From: Cladosporium halotolerans | Lineage: Eukaryota | DNA: 64,000 nucleotides | Assembly (NCBI RefSeq): GCF_011745625.1 | Contig: NW_027191458.1 | Coordinates: forward strand, 186,001-250,000 | Direction of reading: 5' to 3' | Shown here: piece after piece, positions 36,801 to 47,539 of the stretch | Layout: each line of letters begins with the position of its first letter | How positions within the stretch are numbered: the first letter of the stretch is position 1 | Position numbers and translations under genes: made by a program | Notes under the pieces: generated by a model | What the model saw: the letters and a program-made list of their open reading frames with translations, nothing else | The model's database searches: none | What the model was told of the DNA's origin: nothing

Positions 36801-38685
36801 CGTCTACTGTGGACTGCAGGGTTGGTGGTCGGTGCTTCGCGATGTCATTGCGAAGAACGACCTTGGCCACCCCATCTGCGAGCACCTCCGCAATGGCCAG
36901 TGGGCTCTCGACTACATTGTCAACCGCCTTGACAAGCATGCCCAGGACCCTCTGTACACCAACCTGAAGGGCCCGGCTGACTGGCTCCGCTCGCGCTTCG
37001 ACGCCATCCGCAAGCTCCCCTCGTTCCTCCTGCCCCGCTACTTTGCTCTTGTCATGCGCACTGCCTACAAGGCTGGTTTCGAGCGTGGCATTGAGCTGAT
37101 GAACGACAATGTCAAGCACGGCCAGCACTTCCTGAAGTCATTGGCCATGGTTTCCTACCAGGTCCAAGGCTACATGCCTAACGCGTCGCTCTGGCCTGAT
37201 AAGCTCGTGCCATCTCTCGCAGCCGGTCTGCCTCACTTCGCCCAGGACTGGGCTCGCTGCTGGGGTAGAGACATCATGATCGCCATGCGCGGTCTGCTCC
37301 TTTGTACTGGCCGCTATGCCGATGCTCGTGAGCACCTCATGTGCTTCGCCTCCGTCGTCAAGCATGGTATGATCCCTAATCTTCTCGGATCGGGCAAGCT
37401 GCCTCGTTACAACAGCAGAGACTCCGTGTGGTTCTTCCTCCAGAACATTCAAGACTACGTCACCTTGGTCCCCAACGGTGAAGAGATTTTGAAGGAGGAG
37501 GTCAAGCGCCGATTCCTGCCCTACAACGATGAGTGGTTCCCTTGGGACGACCCCCGCGCCTACTCCAAGACCAGCACCATCGAGGACGTGATCCAGGAAT
37601 GTCTCCAGCGCCATGCCTCCGGTATGCACTTCCGCGAGTACAACGCGGGCTCCGACCTCGACAGCCAAATGCTCGACCCGGGCTTCAACATCGACATCGA
37701 GGTCGACTGGAAGACCGGCCTCATCTTCGGCGGCAACGAATGGAACTGCGGCACCTGGATGGACAAGATGGGCGAGTCGACCAAAGCCGGCAACAAAGGC
37801 CACCCGGGCACCAGCCGCGACGGCGCCCCCGTAGAAATAACAGGCCTGCTCTACAGCGCCCTCGCCTGGGTCTCGCAGCTCAAATCTGCCGGCCACTTCA
37901 AATACGACGGCGTCACGACCTCCAAAGGCGACCTGATCACCTACTCCGCCTGGGCCTCCAAGATCAAAGAGCACTTCGAGCACTGCTACTACATCCCCGC
38001 GGACGACGCCGAATTCCCGCACTTCGACGTCAACCCGAAAATCGTCAACCGCCGCGCCATCTACAAGGACGTCTACCGCGGCGCCAAAGAGTACCGCGAC
38101 TACCAGCTGCGCCCCAACTTCCCCATCGCCATGGCCGTGGCGCCCGACCTCTTCGACCCCGCCCACGCCCTCGCGGCCCTCGAGCAAGTCGACGCGCACC
38201 TCGCCGGCCCCCGCGGCATGGCCACCCTCGACCCCGCCGACCACGAGTACCACCCCAACTACATCAACAGCGACGACAGCGAGAACTACCACACCGCCAA
38301 GGGGCGCAACTACCACTCCGGGCCCGAGTGGGAGTGGCCCAGGGGTTTCTTCCTGCGCGCGCTGCTGAAGTTCGACCTGCAGAGGCGGAGGACGCGCGAG
38401 GAGAGGGTGGAGGCTTTCCAGCAGGTCACGCAGAGGCTGAGGGGCGTCATGCAGGAGATCAAGGAGAGCCCGTGGGCGGGACTGACGGAGCTGACGAATG
38501 AGAAGGGGGCGTTTTGTGGGGATTCGGTGAGTTCTTCTGTGCATTCTGAACTTGTTTGTGGGAGAGGTTTGGGGGTTTTTGCTAACGCCGTTTGACAGTG
38601 TCCGACCCAAGCGTGGTCAGCAGGGTGCATAATCGACCTCTACGACGACGCGAGCAAGTATGGATTGGATCCGCCGGCGCAGTGA
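33896..38685 (+). CDS. GDB1: Glycogen debranching enzyme (4-alpha-glucanotransferase / amylo-1,6-glucosidase); exons 33896-34131, 34188-38526, 38599-38685
   Basis: GYNMVHFTPL, RGESNSPYSLYDQ, FRIDNCHSTP, MDCTHDNE, AAGLPHF, WGRD, NCGTWMDKMG, YHSGPEW. The last intron restores DS-CPTQAWS. Confidence 0.96.
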
Positions 38686-39476
38686 GCGATGCGCTTTTTC
38701 GACGGCGTCGAACGCTACAACCCTAACCCTATGCTCTGGAGCGGTAGCGGGTCGATGCGGCTGTGCGATGGAAGTGGAAACCTGAGATGAGGGTTCTCTG
38801 GTGGAGAAGGTGTTGCACAAAGCGGGCGGGGGAAATTGATAGACGTGCGAGATGGTTATGAAGACGATTATTGTTACCTTACGAGGACGAAGACCTACGT
38901 AAATACAAAGCTTCCTGAAACCTTCAATATGTTTTAAGTGGCTTTCCCTCTGATGATAGTGGACCAGGATGCTGAATGTGACCTTGTAGCAGGGCCCCCT
39001 CGTACGAATGGTGGAGGACGAATCTGATCGATCTCGCTTGTTCGTCTTTGATTGACCCTCGCCGTTGCTTTCTGGCGAGAAAGTATAAACGTCTCGAAGT
39101 ATTGAGTGGGGGATTAAAATGATGCGATGACTTCGCCGGTTCCTAGTAATTCTTTACAGGAGTGAGGTCCGAAATCGACCCCCCTGGAGTGGCTGAAAGA
39201 TCGCGGAAAGGGTAGATTTTTTGCTCACAATCCAGCAGGCGAAAAATGCTGAACTTATTCCGAAGACACTCAATTAGATGCCCGAGGACATTTTCTCAAG
39301 TAATGCGGAAGGTTCGGACGCTTGTCCATCTTAGAGGTGAGTTAGAACTTACCTCAAAATATGGAGGAAGTATTCCAAACGATGAAAGACGCGCCTGTCT
39401 GCATACACCCTGGCGTTGCAGGTGTTCCGCGCCTGGCTGTGACCGCGCTGACCACCATTTCGCGAGGTACAGTACT

Positions 39477-39900
39477 GAACCCCTCTCGACAGCCCCGTCG
39501 ACGTCCCCAGCTTCAAGCCCTGCACTCCTGTGAGACGAGGTACCTCAACCGATCGTCGCCCGGCCTCTCTATCCCCCGCGGGGCTCCCACACGCAGACCC
39601 CGCACCTCACTTACCGCCTTGGCGCTGTCATCAAGCATCCTTCCGCGCGTGCTTTGGCGAAGCTTGACCCCTGTTGGCAGAGCTTAGGCTTCAGGCCGCC
39701 TCGGCTGCCTGATAGCCTACCATGCGGCTCCTGCCCTCAACCAATGGTGAGCGAGTGAAGACCTCGGTGTCGTCGCGTGGGCTTCACGATGTCGCGGTGC
39801 GGGCGTGGGATCTGCGTGGCGATCGCGGAGGGGATTAGGAAGGAGAGCGCAAGTGGAGGTTGGTAAGCAAAGGGCTGTCGCGCTTTTCTTTTTGGGGTTT
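39477..39900 (+). ncRNA. Candidate structured RNA element (nested multi-stem) in the 5' leader of the MFS transporter gene
   Basis: At least 10 correctly nested complementary pairs, e.g. 39487-39495 CGACAGCCC / 39872-39880 GGGCTGTCG, 39590-39597 / 39811-39818 and 39599-39606 / 39796-39803. Transcription and strand are not shown. Confidence 0.45.
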
Positions 39901-39970
39901 CGTTTTCTTGGTTCTGCTGTTTGACCACTCTGGACTTTGTGTTCTGCTCGTTAAGTGAGGTGACGATATC

Positions 39971-41829
39971 ATGGCTTTGACGATGGATCACAAGCGAGAC
40001 AGTGACAGCGACAAAGGGAGAGGAGTCGGCGGCTTCTCTTTCGACAACGAGAAAGGCGAAGGAGCAACCCACGCCGAACATCAGGACAGCCTCCCCGGCT
40101 TCGACGACCCAGACGCCGGGAAAAGCGACGAAGAGCGCGCAGCAATTGTATCAAAACCCCCCCAAAGACACCACCTGCCCGGCTAACCAACCCACCAGGA
40201 CCGCAAACTTGTCCGCAAGCTCGACATCAAAATCATCCCCTGGCTGACCTTCCTATACCTCGTCTCCTTCCTCGACCGCACCAACATCGGCAACGCCAAA
40301 GTCGACGGCCTGCAAGAAGACCTAGGCATGTCTAACGGGCAGTACAACGCCGCACTATCCCTCTTCTTCCTCTCCTACGCCGGCTTCGAACCCCTGACCA
40401 ACATCCTGCTCAAGCGCCTGCGGCCCTCCGTTTTCATCCCCGCCATTATGGTGCTGTGGGGGATCGTGATGACGACCATGGGCCTCGTGCACAATGCCGC
40501 GGGGCTCATGGCGGCGCGCTTCTTCCTGGGCGTGGCGGAGGCGGGGCTGTTCCCTGGCGTGGCGTATTACTTGTCTTGCTGGTATAAGAGGAGCGAGTTT
40601 GGCGTGCGGTCGGCGGTTTTCTTCTCGGCGGCGGCGTTGGCGGGCAGTTTTGGTGGATTGTTGGCGGCGGCCATTGCGCAGATGAGAGGGATCGGGGGCA
40701 AGCCTGGGTGGGCTTGGATTTTCATCTTGGTAGGTTGCTGCGTCTGGTTTTTCTCCGTGGCTTGGGTTGTGTATCAACGCTGCGCGGTTTGGTCACGGTT
40801 GGCTGACACTTCACTTCACAGGAGGGCCTCGCCACTGTCCTCATCGGCATCGCGAGCTACTGGCTCGTCCACGATTTTCCAGACGACGCCAAGTTCCTAT
40901 CAAACGACGACCGCAAGCGTGTACTGAGGCGACTGAAAGCCGACGGGCAGGCGTCCGCTGAGCGTGAGGAGTTTAAGATGGCGTACTTCTGGGCGTCGGT
41001 TAAGGACTGGAAGACGTGGGCTTTTGCCATCATCTACATGGGCTGCGACGGCTCTTTGTATGCCTTCTCCTTGTTTTTGCCTTCAATCATTCAGCAGCTC
41101 GGCTACTCTAGCACGAGAGCGAATTTGCTGTCCGTACCGCCCTACGCAGGTAAGTTATCCTTTATCCGATCGATTAAAGCAACGCCGCCCCCTCCATCTC
41201 GCCATCAGCTAACCCTTCCCAGCCGCCGCGATAATCACAGTCTTCATCGGCTGGTACGCGGACCGCACGCGCCAACGCGGCCTCTGCAACATCGGCATCT
41301 CCCTAATCGGCATTGCGGGCTTCGCCATGCTCCTAGGTTCGCCCTCCTCGCCCTCCTACGCCGGCGTCAAATACGCCGGCACCTTCCTCGGCGCCGTGGG
41401 GATCTACCCGTGCATCGCCAACACGATCTCGTGGTGCGCCAACAATACTGAGGGCGTGTATAAGCGCGGCGTCACGCTGGGGTTTGTGATCGGATGGGGC
41501 AATCTAAACGGTATTGTGGCGAGCAATATCTACCGCGCGCAGGACAAGCCCGGGTATAAGTTGGGACATGGCGTGGTGTTGGCTTATTTGGCGCTGTTTT
41601 TGTTGGGGGGCAGTTTGGTGACGTACTTTGCGCTGAGGGGGGAAAATGCGAAGAGGAGGAAGGGGGTGAGAAATGGGATGTTGGAGGGATTGAGTGGGGA
41701 GGAGGTGAAGGTTAGGGGCGATAAGAGGTGAGTTGAGATTCGTTCTTCTGTTTCGGAATCTGGATCTTGGAATGTGGTTCGAATTGATTGCTGACCATGT
41801 GCAGGCCGGACTTCATCTATACGCTGTGA
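39971..41829 (+). CDS. MFS anion:cation symporter, TNA1/DAL5 (nicotinic acid/allantoate permease) family; exons 39971-40147, 40199-40729, 40822-41149, 41223-41727, 41805-41829
   Basis: LVRKLD..IIPWL..LYLVSFLDRTNIGNAK, RFFLGVAEAGLFPG..YYLSCWYKR, GWAWIFIL-EG, LLSVPPY, C-terminal RPDFIYTL; four canonical introns. Confidence 0.93.
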
Positions 41830-42105
41830 GCGAGTCGTGCCGCTGTTCTTGGTCAATCTGCAGCGATCCGACTCGTGCGCGACATCATTTGGTTTGAAAG
41901 GACTTAGCTCGACTTACTCAGGTGAGAGCTAAAGAGAATGCGTATTTGTCTTTCCATACGAGATGGAATTAAGGGAGTTGACTTATCATTGAATATCGTT
42001 GCATCGTCATTTCTTCTCCAAGTCCCACCTGTAGGCGTGCTCCTCTGACGCACCCCGGAACTATCCTCAGACTGCAAGCTCTACCTCCAACGAGTCCCAT
42101 GTTCC

Positions 42106-43203
42106 TCAACCCTCCTCCCCCTTCAACATACCTCTCCGCTCCTCCTCCAACCTCCTCTTAAACGCCTCACAACTCCTCCTCACACCCTCGCTCAACCCAA
42201 CCCTAGGCCTATAACCCAACACTCTAACCGCCTTCTCAGGACTTGCATAATGCGTCCGATACCCATCTTTAACACTCCCTCGATCCAACGTCGCCCTGCG
42301 CCCCGTAACCCACGTCAGCACCTCCAACACCCACGCCACAACGACCGCCAGCGTAACCGGCACATGCACCCTCACGCGCGGCTCGTGCCCGAACTGCGCC
42401 CACACGAACGCCAGAAAATCCCAGAAATACGCGGGCTCGTGGTTCGTGACGAAGATCGCTTCGCCGGCTGCGGTCCCAGCTCCGCCAGGAAGGAGGTTCT
42501 CGATCGCCAGTACGTGCGCGTCCACGGCGTTCGAGATGTACACCCAGTCATAGAGGTTGTGGCCATCGCCGATGATGAAGTGCGTCTCGCCTTTGGCGAT
42601 GAGGTCGTGCAGGAGGCTGAGGACCTGGGTGTCGTCGGGGCCGATGACGGTGCAGGGTCTCAGGGCGCAGGCCTTGAGGCCGCGCTGGGCGTTGGAAGGT
42701 GAGAGGACGAAGGCTTCGGCGAGGCCTTTGGAGCGGCCGTAGTGTAGGGTTGCGAGGCCGGTGGGCGTGGTGTCTTCGTGCATGTTGTGGTAGTCGTGGT
42801 CGAGGTCGTCGATGATTGCGGTCACGCTGGAGGTGTAGACGAAGCGGGTGCAGCCGGCGGCGAGGGTGGCGTTGAGGATGTGGACGGTGCCATCGTAGTT
42901 GATGGCCTTGACGCGTTGCCAGTCGGAGTCTTTCGTGCTGTAGCGGAGTTCTCTGCTGGTGACTATGCCTGCCGTGTGGACGACGAGGTCCGGATGGTAG
43001 TTGGAGAAAGCGGCCTTGACGCTGGCTTCGGAGCGGATGTCGATTTGGAAGAATTGGTCGATTATCTGCCGTATGTCTTCATCCGGTGGGTGGATGTCCA
43101 GGGCGTCGATGGTCCATGTCGGATGTTTTTCGTTCAATGCTTTGATGACGGCGCGTCCGAGGAAGCCGCTGCCGCCTGTGACGAGGATCCGGAACGTTGC
43201 CAT
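42106..43203 (-). CDS. 3-beta-hydroxysteroid dehydrogenase / sterol-4-alpha-carboxylate 3-dehydrogenase-like (ERG26-like extended SDR)
   Basis: LVTGGSGFLG, VVHTAG, FVYTSS, catalytic YGRSK, ALRP...GP.D, GDGHNLYDWVY..N...AH. Confidence 0.88.
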   Translation of the reverse strand: MATFRILVTGGSGFLGRAVIKALNEKHPTWTIDALDIHPPDEDIRQIIDQFFQIDIRSEASVKAAFSNYHPDLVVHTAGIVTSRELRYSTKDSDWQRVKAINYDGTVHILNATLAAGCTRFVYTSSVTAIIDDLDHDYHNMHEDTTPTGLATLHYGRSKGLAEAFVLSPSNAQRGLKACALRPCTVIGPDDTQVLSLLHDLIAKGETHFIIGDGHNLYDWVYISNAVDAHVLAIENLLPGGAGTAAGEAIFVTNHEPAYFWDFLAFVWAQFGHEPRVRVHVPVTLAVVVAWVLEVLTWVTGRRATLDRGSVKDGYRTHYASPEKAVRVLGYRPRVGLSEGVRRSCEAFKRRLEEERRGMLKGEEG

Positions 43204-43502
43204 GTGCAAATTGTCACTGCGATCGATTGAAACTTCACAACATTACCACTATGCACCGCGATGAGTTTGCAGTATCTGCAGAGGCCGAGGTGCAACGCTA
43301 TCGTATGATTTGACGATTCGAGCATAGTGCTTATTCATCCTCCGCTTCGATGTCTCGTTTCGTCAGATTTGCCACCAATCCCGTCATGCCAGTATGGGAT
43401 TTCACAGAATCAGAAATAATTGATGAGAGATACCTTGTGCAACACTGTACAGCGTGCTGAATTTTGTCGTACTCATGTATGCTCATGTCTCTAATACTAC
43501 CT

Positions 43503-45183
43503 TTACATACGCTCTCTTCTTCTCGGAGCAGCGCGGATAATGTTGTCCACGCGAAGCAGGAGCTCGGCAGCCTCGGATGCCGAGTTGACGACGGCGCGCT
43601 TGAGCTTGTAGCTCTCGATAACACCCAGCTGGCGCATGTCTGCCACCGCACCGCCCGGAGTCATCAGGTCGAGACCCGAGCTGCTCATGCCGGAGTAGAC
43701 GGCCTTGCGCAGGCGGGCAACGAGGTCTGAGGAGTCGAGACCGGCGTTGTCTGCGAGGATGGTGGGGAGCTGGCGGAGAGCCTTGGAGAAGGAGTCGACG
43801 GCAAGCGCTTTCTTGCCCGCGACGTTCTGCGCCGCCTGGTCGACGGCCTTGGCCATGTTCATCTCTGCCGAACCACCGCCGAGGGTAGTGCGCGGGTTGG
43901 CAACGGTCTGAGAGAGGACGGCGAGAGCGTCGTGGAGGGAACGCTCGGCTTCGTCGAGCAGCTGCTCAGTAGCACCACGGAGAACGACAGTGCAGGCTCT
44001 GCCGGCTGCCACACCAGAGAAGCGGATGAGGGTGTCCTCGCCGATGATGACCTCCTCGATGACATCGCAGTGGCCGAGCTTGACGTGCTCGGGGTGGTCG
44101 AAAGTGCTGGTGATCTCAGCGCCAGTAACAAGCGCGAGACGCTCCACACCGTCAAAGTCGGCGTGCTCGATGGAAGCAATGCCGGCGTCAGAGAACAGCT
44201 GCTCAGGCCAGTTGTAGATAAGCTGCCTGTTGACGAAGCAGTTGATTCCATGACCCTTGATGCGCTCAACCTTAGCCTTCATCTTCTCACGCTCCGCCTT
44301 CTCCAGCTCAGCCAGCTTGCCCGTGCCCTCAACCTTCACTCTCGCACCGAAAATCTTAACTTTGTCCGTATCCATGCTAGTGTTCGCAACCATGATCTTG
44401 GCGTTCTCCACGCGCTTGGGCTGGTTCACGCCGAACTTTTTGTCCAGAATGAAGCCAGGGTCGAGGTATGAATCTGAAAGTTTGCCGCCGGCCTTCTTGA
44501 TGATCTGAATGTTGGTGAGATCCGTAGCACCGCGCATACGAAGCACGGCATCGGTAGCGAGGTTAGCGAAGTATTCGCGGTCCTGAGACAGAACCTTGGA
44601 GCTCAGTGTCGTGCGCGCGATCGAAACGAGGTCCTCGCGGAACTTCTCCTGGTTCGAGCTGTTGTCCACGCTCGACTCCTCAAGTGCCTTCAGCGCAGCC
44701 GCGCTCGCTATCCGGTAACCCTCAATGATCGTCTGCGGGTGAATCTTCTGGTCCACGAGCTTCTCGGCCTCGCGAAGGAGCTCAGCGGCCAGAACAGCTA
44801 CACTCGTGGTACCGTCTCCCACTTCGTCATCTTGAACTTTTGAGATGTTGACCAGAACCTTCGCCGCTGCGTTGTCGAGTGCTATGCTCTTGAGGATGGT
44901 TGCACCGTCGTTTGTGACCATGACCGTGCCTGTGCTTGCCGACTGCAGAATCTTGTCCATGCCCTTGGGGCCCAGTGTTGACTTCACAAGGTCGCCAACC
45001 GCGATCGCACCAACGAAGGAGCCTGAAGAAGGTTAGATGGGTGCTCCATCGATTCTCCATAGACACAAAACATACTAAGACGGGCGTTCTCGCCCTTCTC
45101 CTCCTGGACATCCTCAGCGAAGATGCTAGCCTGTGCCAGTGTCAGTCAAAATTCTGCGAATCGAACACAAGCCAGCGTACCAT
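43503..45183 (-). CDS. CCT2: Chaperonin CCT/TRiC beta subunit; exons 45183-45181 (ATG only), 45130-45076, 45022-43503
   Basis: [69 protein letters not shown]; two canonical introns. Confidence 0.96.
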
Positions 45184-45429
45184 TGTAGCGAATTTGAGCC
45201 GTCCGGGTTATGTAGTAGTCGGACGGGAGCTCGGTGTGGGTGGTGAGGGGGTATTTGGAGGATGTTGGAGGGGTCCAGGTGTTTCTGTCGGCCAGCGGCT
45301 TCCAAACTTTCCAGATTCGCGACTCACGTTGCTCGACGCGGAGACTGTGCGCCGGGCGCCAGCCTTGGGGAGCTTCGGCCTGCGCAACAACGTCACCAAT
45401 CAACAAATCCTCCACCCTCTGTCGCGACA
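45184..45429. promoter_or_regulatory. Short divergent (bidirectional) promoter between CCT2 and SAD1
   Basis: Only 246 bp separate the two divergent ATGs. Confidence 0.6.
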
Positions 45430-47103
45430 ATGATCAAGCGATCGGCTGACGAGCCCCTTGAAGATGCGACCACTGTTGCATCTCCCGCTTCGAAACGGGT
45501 GCGAGTCGACGATGTCGCCGACCAGGATCTCCCTCCGCCTCCCCCGCCAGCAGAGCCCTCCGTCGCAAACGGTCACTCGGCCTCGAATGGCGCACAACCA
45601 ACACAACAAAGCTCTGAGAATGAGCGTGTGGGTCTCGAAGACCTCGACGACGAAGACCTCGACGAGCCCGTGCCTAGCGCGCGACAACGAGAGCCCGCCG
45701 AGGGCTACAGCGACCTTTACCTCGACACAATAGACCGTGCGAGACTGGACTTCGATTTCGAAAAGCTGTGTTCGGTGACTTTGAGCAACATCAATGTCTA
45801 CGCTTGTCTGGTTTGCGGGAAGTACTTCACAGGGAGAGGGCACAAGACGCCGGCATACTTCCACGCGCTGGAGGTAGGCCACCATGTATATATAAACATG
45901 GAGACGAAGAAGGTTTACGTGCTGCCTGAAGGTTACGAGGTCAAGAGCGGCAGTCTCAATGATATCAAGATCGTGGTGGATCCAAAATTCACGCCTGAAG
46001 AGGTGAAGACACTGGACAAGCGACGAGAACCATCGTGGGATCTGCTAGGAAAGAAGTACATACCCGGATTCGTCGGCCTGAACAACATCAAGGCGAATGA
46101 CTACCACAATGCCGTCGTACAGTCACTGGCACACGTGGCGCCTCTCCGGAATTTCTTCATGCTCGAAGACTTTTCATCAAGACCGCAACTGGCCCAGCGC
46201 TTCAGCATTCTCATTCGCAAAATCTGGAACTCAAGAGCGTTCAAATCGCATGTCAGCCCGCACGAGCTAATGCAAGAGATCAGCTCGCGGTCAAGCAAAA
46301 AATTCACACTGACAGAACAATCCGATCCTGCGGAGTTCCTCAGCTGGTTCCTGAACAATCTCCACCTTTCGCTCGGCGGCAGCAAGACCAAGCCCAAGTC
46401 CTCCATCGTGCAAACAATTTTTCAAGGCTCCATCAAGATCGAGTCTCAATCGATCACCGCGCGCGCAGATGCCGGCGACCGCCTGCGCTTCGAAGACACC
46501 GCGATCAAATCGCAAACATCACCCTTCATGATCCTCACGCTCGACTTGCCACCCGCGCCTCTGTTCCAAGACGACACGGACAAGAACATCATCCCGCAAG
46601 TACCCCTGACGACCGTGCTGAACAAGTACAACGGCATCACAGCGCAGGAGAAGATGAACAACCGCGTGCGGTACCGCCTGCTGCACCCGCTGCCGCCGTT
46701 CCTGATCATGCACGTTAAGCGCTTCGAGTCCAACAAGTTCCTGCAGTCCCAGCGCAACCCGACCATTGTCACGTTTAACCCCCGTGCTCTCGACATGTCG
46801 CCGTACGTTGAGCCCAACCCTAAATTGCATCCGCTCAACGAGCCGATCATCTACGATCTCGTGGCGAACATCACCCACGAAGGTGTGAAGGTGCGAGACG
46901 ACTCGGTTGAGGGCGAGGCGGAGAGAAAGGTGTGGAGGGCGCAGGTGAAAGAGGGCGGTGGCGAGGGCGCGCAGCAGCAGTGGTGGGAGATGCAGGATTT
47001 GTATGTTGATAAGGTCAATGCGGACCTGCTGAGCACGAAGGAGGCCTATGTCATGGTCTGGGAGCGGAGGAAGGCTGGGAAGGGGAAGTCGAAGGCAACA
47101 TAA
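45430..47103 (+). CDS. SAD1: U4/U6.U5 tri-snRNP protein Sad1/USP39 (ZnF-UBP plus inactive USP domain)
   Basis: LDFDFEKLCSVTLSNINVYACLVCGKYF, GFVGLNNIKANDY (Asp in place of the catalytic Cys), FKSHVSPHEL, NIIPQVPL, YDLVANITH. Confidence 0.95.
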   Translation: MIKRSADEPLEDATTVASPASKRVRVDDVADQDLPPPPPPAEPSVANGHSASNGAQPTQQSSENERVGLEDLDDEDLDEPVPSARQREPAEGYSDLYLDTIDRARLDFDFEKLCSVTLSNINVYACLVCGKYFTGRGHKTPAYFHALEVGHHVYINMETKKVYVLPEGYEVKSGSLNDIKIVVDPKFTPEEVKTLDKRREPSWDLLGKKYIPGFVGLNNIKANDYHNAVVQSLAHVAPLRNFFMLEDFSSRPQLAQRFSILIRKIWNSRAFKSHVSPHELMQEISSRSSKKFTLTEQSDPAEFLSWFLNNLHLSLGGSKTKPKSSIVQTIFQGSIKIESQSITARADAGDRLRFEDTAIKSQTSPFMILTLDLPPAPLFQDDTDKNIIPQVPLTTVLNKYNGITAQEKMNNRVRYRLLHPLPPFLIMHVKRFESNKFLQSQRNPTIVTFNPRALDMSPYVEPNPKLHPLNEPIIYDLVANITHEGVKVRDDSVEGEAERKVWRAQVKEGGGEGAQQQWWEMQDLYVDKVNADLLSTKEAYVMVWERRKAGKGKSKAT

Positions 47104-47539
47104 GCCTTTCTGACTTTTAGGGACTGTACATTATGAGGAAAAGGCTGTATGTTATCGGAGCACGCCGTCGATTTGACGACATGGATGCCTCCAGCCACGT
47201 TTTTACTCGGGTGAAGGATCACTCACTATTCGCATCGCGGTCGACTGTTGCTGATCTGTTGCTTTCATGCGACAAAATCTCCAAACGCGTCGAAATTGAT
47301 CATGTTTGCCTGACCGTTGCACCATGCCCAACGCAGCCACGCCAGGCGCTTTGGCTTTCTCTAGCTGCAGCCTCGCCTCCCCACGCCTGGAATGTCGACC
47401 CTGGACTTCAGCTGTGTCGCGGACCCACATGTAGTGAATAGGGTTCCCGGTCACATCCTCGTCACATCTTTGTATATTAATACTACAGCTACCTTGCTCG
47501 CACCTGCGAGCTTCGAGCACCGCTCGGTGTGTCGGCGCC

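Noticed and set aside
38719..38731. AACCCTAACCCTA as a telomerase RNA template
   Set aside because: Lies ~35 nt after the GDB1 stop, in its 3' UTR, leaving no room for the 5' part of a filamentous-fungal telomerase RNA; no pseudoknot recognised. Two telomeric repeats can arise by chance or be a factor-binding site.
39430..39900. SRP RNA, RNase MRP/P RNA or TPP riboswitch as the identity of the structured element
   Set aside because: GGAGGTTGGTAAGCAA loosely resembles SRP helix 8 but is at the wrong position and lacks the GNRA loop; no GAAAGUCCCC/CR-V boxes; no CUGAGA/AUACC TPP core.
45131..45183. ATG-only first coding exon of CCT2
   Set aside because: Real but common in fungal housekeeping genes; not novel.
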